Assembly (NCBI GenBank): GCA_963739455.1
Contig: CAVUAK010000003.1
Coordinates: 1-64,000 of the forward strand
Length of the DNA: 64,000 bases
DNA from: an uncultured Gemmatimonadales bacterium
Lineage (GTDB): Bacteria > Gemmatimonadota > Gemmatimonadetes > Gemmatimonadales > GWC2-71-9
Direction of reading: 5' to 3'
Shown here: one piece after another, positions 59,178 through 64,000 of the stretch
Layout of the letters: each line of letters begins with the position of its first letter
Position numbering within the stretch: position 1 is the stretch's first letter
Translations under genes and position numbers: made by a program
The notes under the pieces: model-generated
Seen by the model: the letters and a program-made list of their open reading frames with translations, nothing else
What the model was told of the DNA's origin: nothing
The model's database searches: none

Positions 59178-59725
59178 GCGGCGGCCATCTGTCACCTCCG
59201 GTGAGCGACCGCGATCACGCGCAGGGAAGTCCCGATGCGCCCGTCACCCTCGTCGAGTACGGCGACTACCAGTGCCCGCACTGCGGCCGGGCGCATCCCA
59301 TCATCAAGCAGGTGCAGAAGCGGCTGGGCAACCGGCTGCGATTCATCTTCCGCAACTTCCCGCTCACCGAGATCCACCCCGACGCCTTGCATGCCGCCGA
59401 GGCTGCCGAGGCGGTGGGAGAACACGGCGGTGCCACCGCATTCTGGCACATGCACGACCTCATCTTCGAGCACCAGCAGGATCTCGGCGATGCTGCATTG
59501 GGCAAGCTCGCAACGAAGGCTGGGGCCGATGCGGCGAAGGTGCTCGCTGATCTCGCGGCCGGGACGTTCGAGGAGCGCGTGCGCGAGGATTTCATGAGCG
59601 GCGTGCGGAGCGGAGTGAACGGTACGCCCACATTCTTCATCAACGGCAAGCGCTTCGACGGTTCATGGGACGAGGACTCCCTGGTCCAGGCCCTCGAGGC
59701 AGCAACGCACAGCACGCGCGCGTGA
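59174..59725 (+). CDS. DsbA-family thioredoxin-fold protein
   Basis: EYGDYQCPHC, FRNFPL, GVNGTPTFFING. Confidence 0.92.
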   Translation: MSGGHLSPPVSDRDHAQGSPDAPVTLVEYGDYQCPHCGRAHPIIKQVQKRLGNRLRFIFRNFPLTEIHPDALHAAEAAEAVGEHGGATAFWHMHDLIFEHQQDLGDAALGKLATKAGADAAKVLADLAAGTFEERVREDFMSGVRSGVNGTPTFFINGKRFDGSWDEDSLVQALEAATHSTRA

Positions 59726-59796
59726 GCCTGTACCTGGCTTGACCGCTCCAGCTCCCGCGGTCGAGTCGGGCTCGGCGTGGGCCCCGCTTCGGGGCC

Positions 59797-60177
59797 CTGC
59801 TCGACACCAAGGGCCTCGATAGCGACGTCTCCCGGCACTGGCGGGCTCCGGCGCTCGCCTTCCGGCCCGATCCCGACGCCGGCCCGATCCTGGTCAGCAC
59901 CCTCTACATCGTAAGCGAGGATCGGGAGGCCGGCTTTCTCGCCGCGATGGAGGCGGTGCGCCTCTCGCGCCTCCGCACCGGCGCCATCGGTTGGGATCTC
60001 TACCGCCATGGAGAATCGGGGCGCCGCTTCATCGAGACCTTCACCGTGCCCTCGTGGGACGAGCACCTGCGCCAGCACGACAGCCGCCAGACCGGTGCCG
60101 ATGCGGCACTCGAACGGAAGGCGGAGGCGTTCTCCGACCCGCCACCCGTAGTCACGCACCTCTTTCCGGTCTTATAG
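59797..60177 (+). pseudogene. Orphan C-terminal soluble domain of an MFS_3-type transporter
   Basis: In-frame LLDTKGLDSDVSRHWRAP...PDAGPILV...FLAAMEAVRLSRLRTGA..W...FIETFTVPSWDEHLRQH. No transmembrane part or good start upstream. Confidence 0.65.
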
Positions 60178-60185
60178 TTCGGCCC

Positions 60186-60821
60186 ATGCCACGCACCGCG
60201 ACGCCCCGACCGACACTCCGCCAGGAGAAAGCCCGCTGGGCCGTCGGTCATCTCCTCATCGGCGTCGACGAAGTGGGACGCGGTCCGCTCGCTGGACCTG
60301 TCGTTGCGGCGGCGGTCGTCTTTCCCGCCAACGTCAAGCGCATCGCCGGCCTCCGCGACTCCAAGCTGCTCAGCGCAGCCCAGCGCGAACGACTCATTCC
60401 GCGCATTCGCGAGCGCGCCCTTCGCATCGCCGTGGCCGCCGCCTCCGTCCGCGAGATCGACCGCTTCAATATCCGCGTCGCCACCGCCATCGCCATGCGT
60501 CGCGCCGTCACTCGCGTGCTCCATGGCCTTGATGCCTGGCAGATCCTGGTGGACGGCCTCCCATTCCCCGAACTGGGTTACCCGCATCAGGCGCTCGTGG
60601 ACGGCGATGCACACTGCGCCTCCATCGCCGCCGCCGGCGTCGTCGCCAAGCAGGTCCGCGATGAGCTCATGCGCCGCCTGGCGCTCAAGCATCCGTTGTA
60701 TCGCTGGGAAACCAACATGGGATACGGCACCGAGGAACATCAGCAGGGCATTCGCGATCACGGTCCCTGTTGCCACCACCGCCACACCTTCGCCCCAATC
60801 GCCCAGATGAGCCTTTTCTAG
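60186..60821 (+). CDS. rnhB: Ribonuclease HII
   Basis: GVDEVGRGPLAGPV, LRDSK, LVDG, GDAHCASIAAA, NMGYGT. Confidence 0.95.
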   Translation: MPRTATPRPTLRQEKARWAVGHLLIGVDEVGRGPLAGPVVAAAVVFPANVKRIAGLRDSKLLSAAQRERLIPRIRERALRIAVAAASVREIDRFNIRVATAIAMRRAVTRVLHGLDAWQILVDGLPFPELGYPHQALVDGDAHCASIAAAGVVAKQVRDELMRRLALKHPLYRWETNMGYGTEEHQQGIRDHGPCCHHRHTFAPIAQMSLF

Positions 60822-60825
60822 TCTC

Positions 60826-60878
60826 CGCGGTCGCAGTTCCTCCTCACGCTGTTTCGGTTCCTCCTCACGCAGTTTTCA
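60826..60878. repeat. 21-bp tandem repeat x2.5, same family as 54478
   Basis: CGCGGTCGCAG / TTCCTCCTCACGCTGTTTCGG / TTCCTCCTCACGCAGTTTTCA. Confidence 0.8.
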
Positions 60879-62834
60879 GTTCGCCGGCATCTCAAACGGC
60901 CTCCGCTCCTTCGCCGGCAGCCAGAAGAACCTCGACGGTTGGGTTGCGAACGCCTTCCGCAGCGCTCGCCACAGCTCAGACCGGTCCCCCTTCGTCAGGT
61001 CCCGTGCCCGCGCCGCCGTCAGCAGCGCCAGCCAGGCCGAGACCGCGAAGTTGAAGAACCCGATCACGAGGATCCCCACCGCGGCCCACTCGAGATCCGC
61101 CGGGCGCAGCTCGCCTGCATCGCGCAGCGGCAGGATCCCGTAGGCCGCCGCCGCCGCGTGCAGCGTGACGTGACGCACCTCCAGCCAGATCCCGAAGAAC
61201 CGGCTCAGCAGTACCGGCACGAAGCCGAGCAGGAAGCCGAGCGTGGCATAGCCCACCAGCCCGCCGACGTTGTGCTCCAGGAAGTCACCCGCGCGTTGTG
61301 CGAACGCCTTCCCGAACACCCGCTTGATGCGCGGGTCCTCCCGGGTCGCCTCTGGCAGGCGACGATATGCGCTCCAGTTCGATGTCGCCCCCGCGGCCAG
61401 GCTCGACAGCCACAGGAACACACCCGTCACCGCGGCATAGACGATCGTGAGGGTCCCCACCGGGTTGACGCCCCGCAGTGCATGCTCCGCTTCCGGCAGT
61501 TCCAGGAACCAGCGTCCCGTCGCCAGGTGCACCAGGAAATCCAGCACCAGCGCCAGCGTTACCGTCGCCGCGACGTTGGAGACCGTCACCGCCGCCTGCG
61601 ATCGCGAGATGGCGGCGATCAGCTCGACATTGTGCGACATGTCGTCCTTGTCCGCCAGCGACGTCGCCAGCGCCGACGCCGTCATCGCCGGCTGTTTTGA
61701 CGCAAGCGAGAAGTGGAAGATCTGGAGGATCCAGAAGCTGATCGTGTAGTTCGCCGCCAGGCCCAGCCCAAGGATTACCGGGGCCAGCGGCAGGGCAGAG
61801 ATGCCGAACTTGGCCAGCGCGGTGAAGGCGGTGACGCAGCCGCCGTACGCGCCGGCACGCAGGTTCGCCCACCACTCTTTCCGCGAACGCACCACGTAGT
61901 GTTCACCGGTGATGCCGGTGTACTCCGTGATCTTGAGCGCGAGGCGCTTCGCTTCGGCCCGCCCCACCGCACTGATGCTGTGGTCCGTGGCCAGCGAGCG
62001 CACCGTCTGCATCCCGACTTCCCGCGCCGGGATCGCGTGGGTGCCGAGTGCCACGTTGATCAGGACCGCCAGTCGAGTCAGCTCCGCGCCCAGCAGTTCA
62101 TGCAGGAAGAGGCTCTCGGTCGACGCACCCCGCTTGTCCATGAAAGTCGTGATCTCCTCCACCACGCGCCGGCACTGGGCCAGTTCCGCTTGCCAGTCGG
62201 GATGCTCCGCGCCGGTCGCGACCGCAGTGCGCAGCCGTTCCACCAGCTGTGGCAGGTCCATGAACCGCGAGTTGATCAGGTCCTCGGCGGGGCGCACGTC
62301 GAGAATGCCGCCCGACGTCCCCACCACCGCGATGCGCGTCGCGATCAGCTGGGCCGCGCGGAACAGCATGGCGCGGGGAATCGAGACCAGCGCCGCGGCC
62401 CGCTCGACGGTCTCGCCGTCAAGGCTCCCGATCCACTGCGCATCGTCCTCGGTGAGCCTCAGGCGGAACAGCAGGTCGGGCAGGTTGTCTGGCGTGCGAT
62501 AGCGCGGCAGGAAACGATTGGCGATTCGGTGGAACAGTTCTTTGGACAGCGAATGCTGGCTCGGCAGGCCGGTCTCCGCCAGCAGGCGGATGACAGTCGG
62601 GTGACTCCACGCCGTGTGCAGTCGCTCCACCAGCACGTCCCGCTGGGGATGGGACGCGATGCCATCGAGCAGCAGCAGCAGCCGCACGGTGCGAGGCGAC
62701 TGCGGACCCAGCGGCCGCGTCGGGGCCGCGCGCAGCCAGCGCAGCAGGCGCTCGAGCCAGAAGGCACTGCCCCCCGGCAGCGCTTCCGCCAGCAGTTTCT
62801 GGAGCTCGGGTTCTAGCGCGACGGCAGGATCCAT
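60876..62834 (-). CDS. Gcr-family ('site-specific recombinase') multi-pass membrane protein
   Basis: TGEHYV, SLASKQPAMTA, RSQ, LEVRHVT, NFAVS; many TM segments; no Tyr/Ser recombinase motif seen. Confidence 0.85.
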   Translation of the reverse strand: MDPAVALEPELQKLLAEALPGGSAFWLERLLRWLRAAPTRPLGPQSPRTVRLLLLLDGIASHPQRDVLVERLHTAWSHPTVIRLLAETGLPSQHSLSKELFHRIANRFLPRYRTPDNLPDLLFRLRLTEDDAQWIGSLDGETVERAAALVSIPRAMLFRAAQLIATRIAVVGTSGGILDVRPAEDLINSRFMDLPQLVERLRTAVATGAEHPDWQAELAQCRRVVEEITTFMDKRGASTESLFLHELLGAELTRLAVLINVALGTHAIPAREVGMQTVRSLATDHSISAVGRAEAKRLALKITEYTGITGEHYVVRSRKEWWANLRAGAYGGCVTAFTALAKFGISALPLAPVILGLGLAANYTISFWILQIFHFSLASKQPAMTASALATSLADKDDMSHNVELIAAISRSQAAVTVSNVAATVTLALVLDFLVHLATGRWFLELPEAEHALRGVNPVGTLTIVYAAVTGVFLWLSSLAAGATSNWSAYRRLPEATREDPRIKRVFGKAFAQRAGDFLEHNVGGLVGYATLGFLLGFVPVLLSRFFGIWLEVRHVTLHAAAAAYGILPLRDAGELRPADLEWAAVGILVIGFFNFAVSAWLALLTAARARDLTKGDRSELWRALRKAFATQPSRFFWLPAKERRPFEMPAN

Positions 62835-63508
62835 GGCAGCGTCGGCGCAAGCGCGGCGGCAGCGGCGGTCGGGTCAGTCAGCCTCGGCACTTCCAGGACT
62901 CGGTCGAGACCGGACAGGCGCACGATGGCGTCGCGATTGGTGGCGGTAGATGCATCGGGTACTTCCGGGGCGGACAGCACCACGCCCGCCGCGAGGATGC
63001 CGCCCAGCTCGAGCGCGCCCAGCGTGAGCAGCGTGTGGTTGATGGTACCGAGCCGGTTGGCCGCCGCGACCAGCACCGAGGCACCCAGCGCCTCCGCCAG
63101 GTCCACGACATTCCAGTCCCATGCCAGCGGTGCCAGCAGGCCGCCCGCCGTCTCGACCAGCGTGATCTCGGTGCCGCGCGCAACCCGCTCCACCTCGCCC
63201 ACCACCGTATCGAAGTCCAGCTTCTCGCCGCCCTCCAGGTCCACCGCCACTGCCGGGGCCACCGGTGTGCGGAACCGGTAGAGTGCGTGCAGCGGTGCCC
63301 GCTGCCCGGTGGCCGCCGCCAGCTGCACTCCGTCCTCGGAGGCCGATGGATTCAGCTCCGTGCCGGTTTCCACCACCTTGATCGCGACGACACTGTGCCC
63401 GCCCAGCACCAGTGCCCGCGCCAGCGCGCATCCCACCCAGGTCTTGCCGACGCCGCTGTCGGTGCCCGTCACGAAGATGATGCGCGACGTGCCGGCAGCG
63501 CCGCTCAT
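62813..63508 (-). CDS. bioD: Dethiobiotin synthase
   Basis: FVTGTDSGVGKT, K..ETG, VETAGGL, LGTINHTLLT. Confidence 0.95.
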   Translation of the reverse strand: MSGAAGTSRIIFVTGTDSGVGKTWVGCALARALVLGGHSVVAIKVVETGTELNPSASEDGVQLAAATGQRAPLHALYRFRTPVAPAVAVDLEGGEKLDFDTVVGEVERVARGTEITLVETAGGLLAPLAWDWNVVDLAEALGASVLVAAANRLGTINHTLLTLGALELGGILAAGVVLSAPEVPDASTATNRDAIVRLSGLDRVLEVPRLTDPTAAAAALAPTLPWILPSR

Positions 63509-64000
63509 GCCGGCACCGTAACCGGGGCGCCGCACACCTCGATGATCGATTCCTGGATCACGCGCACCAGCATCGCGAGTTCGGTCTCCGTCACGGTCAG
63601 CGGCGGCATGAGCACGACGACGTCTCCCAGCGGTCGGAGGAACACTCCACGCTTCCGTGCTGCGCCACACACCTTCATGCCACGACGCTCCCTCGCCGGG
63701 TACGACATCCTCGTGTCGCGATCAGCCGTCAACTCGATGCCGGCTGCCAGGCCGTACTGCCGGATATCTCCCACGGCGGGCAGCACGCGCAGTTCCTCCA
63801 GCAGCGCCGCGAGCATCGTCACCTTGCCGGGCAACTCCGCCAGCAGGTTGGTTTGCTCGAAAATGTCGAGCGTCGCGTGCGCGGCGGCCGCAGCCAGCGG
63901 GTTGCCGGTGTACGTGTGACCGTGAAAGAAGGTGCGGCCCTCGGATGGATGACCGAGGAACGCGCGAAAGATCCGTTCCGTGGTGAGTGTCGCCGCCATC
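63505..64000 (-). CDS. bioA: Adenosylmethionine-8-amino-7-oxononanoate aminotransferase, 3' part
   Basis: TFFHGHTYTGNPLA, VGDIRQYG, LRPLGDV..LMPPL; overlaps the bioD start. Confidence 0.92.
   Translation of the reverse strand, partial: MAATLTTERIFRAFLGHPSEGRTFFHGHTYTGNPLAAAAAHATLDIFEQTNLLAELPGKVTMLAALLEELRVLPAVGDIRQYGLAAGIELTADRDTRMSYPARERRGMKVCGAARKRGVFLRPLGDVVVLMPPLTVTETELAMLVRVIQESIIEVCGAPVTVPA

Noticed and set aside
60876..62834. Integrase marking a mobile element
   Set aside because: The family name says recombinase, but the protein is a multi-pass membrane protein with no catalytic motif, and no att-like repeats were seen.

Overview
A GC-rich bacterial window with about 65 coding regions. 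I recognised no rRNA, tRNA or CRISPR array. It has two parts. (1) Bases 1 to about 5.6 kb look alphaproteobacterial (Nitrobacteraceae/Xanthobacteraceae-like; inferred from protein style). They hold an ABC substrate-binding protein, a small coupled operon and a phage or satellite-like module: the 3' tail of a probable replication protein, a palindrome, a small-terminase-like ORF and a large terminase, with no portal or capsid. About 1 kb of this part is noisy, and the replication-like gene is cut off near 5.6-5.7 kb, so a chimeric assembly join is plausible. (2) About 5.8-64 kb is accessory chromosomal DNA of Gemmatimonadota-like style (inference). It carries many lipoproteins and hydrolases, a BBE-like oxidase, a sugar dehydrogenase-cytochrome c fusion, YdeP, a MocR regulator, tandem outer-membrane beta-barrels, SulP plus beta-carbonic anhydrase, an ECF sigma/anti-sigma pair, a TetR-RND efflux operon, redox and hydrolase clusters, rnhB, a Gcr-family membrane protein, bioD and bioA. 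Scattered single-base indels, one pair of them self-compensating, look like long-read consensus errors. The best candidate for a new system is an exported upstream ORF ending CGHC-TRAPRPPP-IS-stop in front of the SulP/carbonic anhydrase operon, resembling RAPP-type ribosome-arrest leaders (CruR/CutF/DUF2946). Also notable: an anti-sigma factor with a secretin-N-like domain, a duplicated 37-bp sigma54-like element, and several families of intergenic short tandem repeats. All family calls come from reading motifs by eye; no database search was run.
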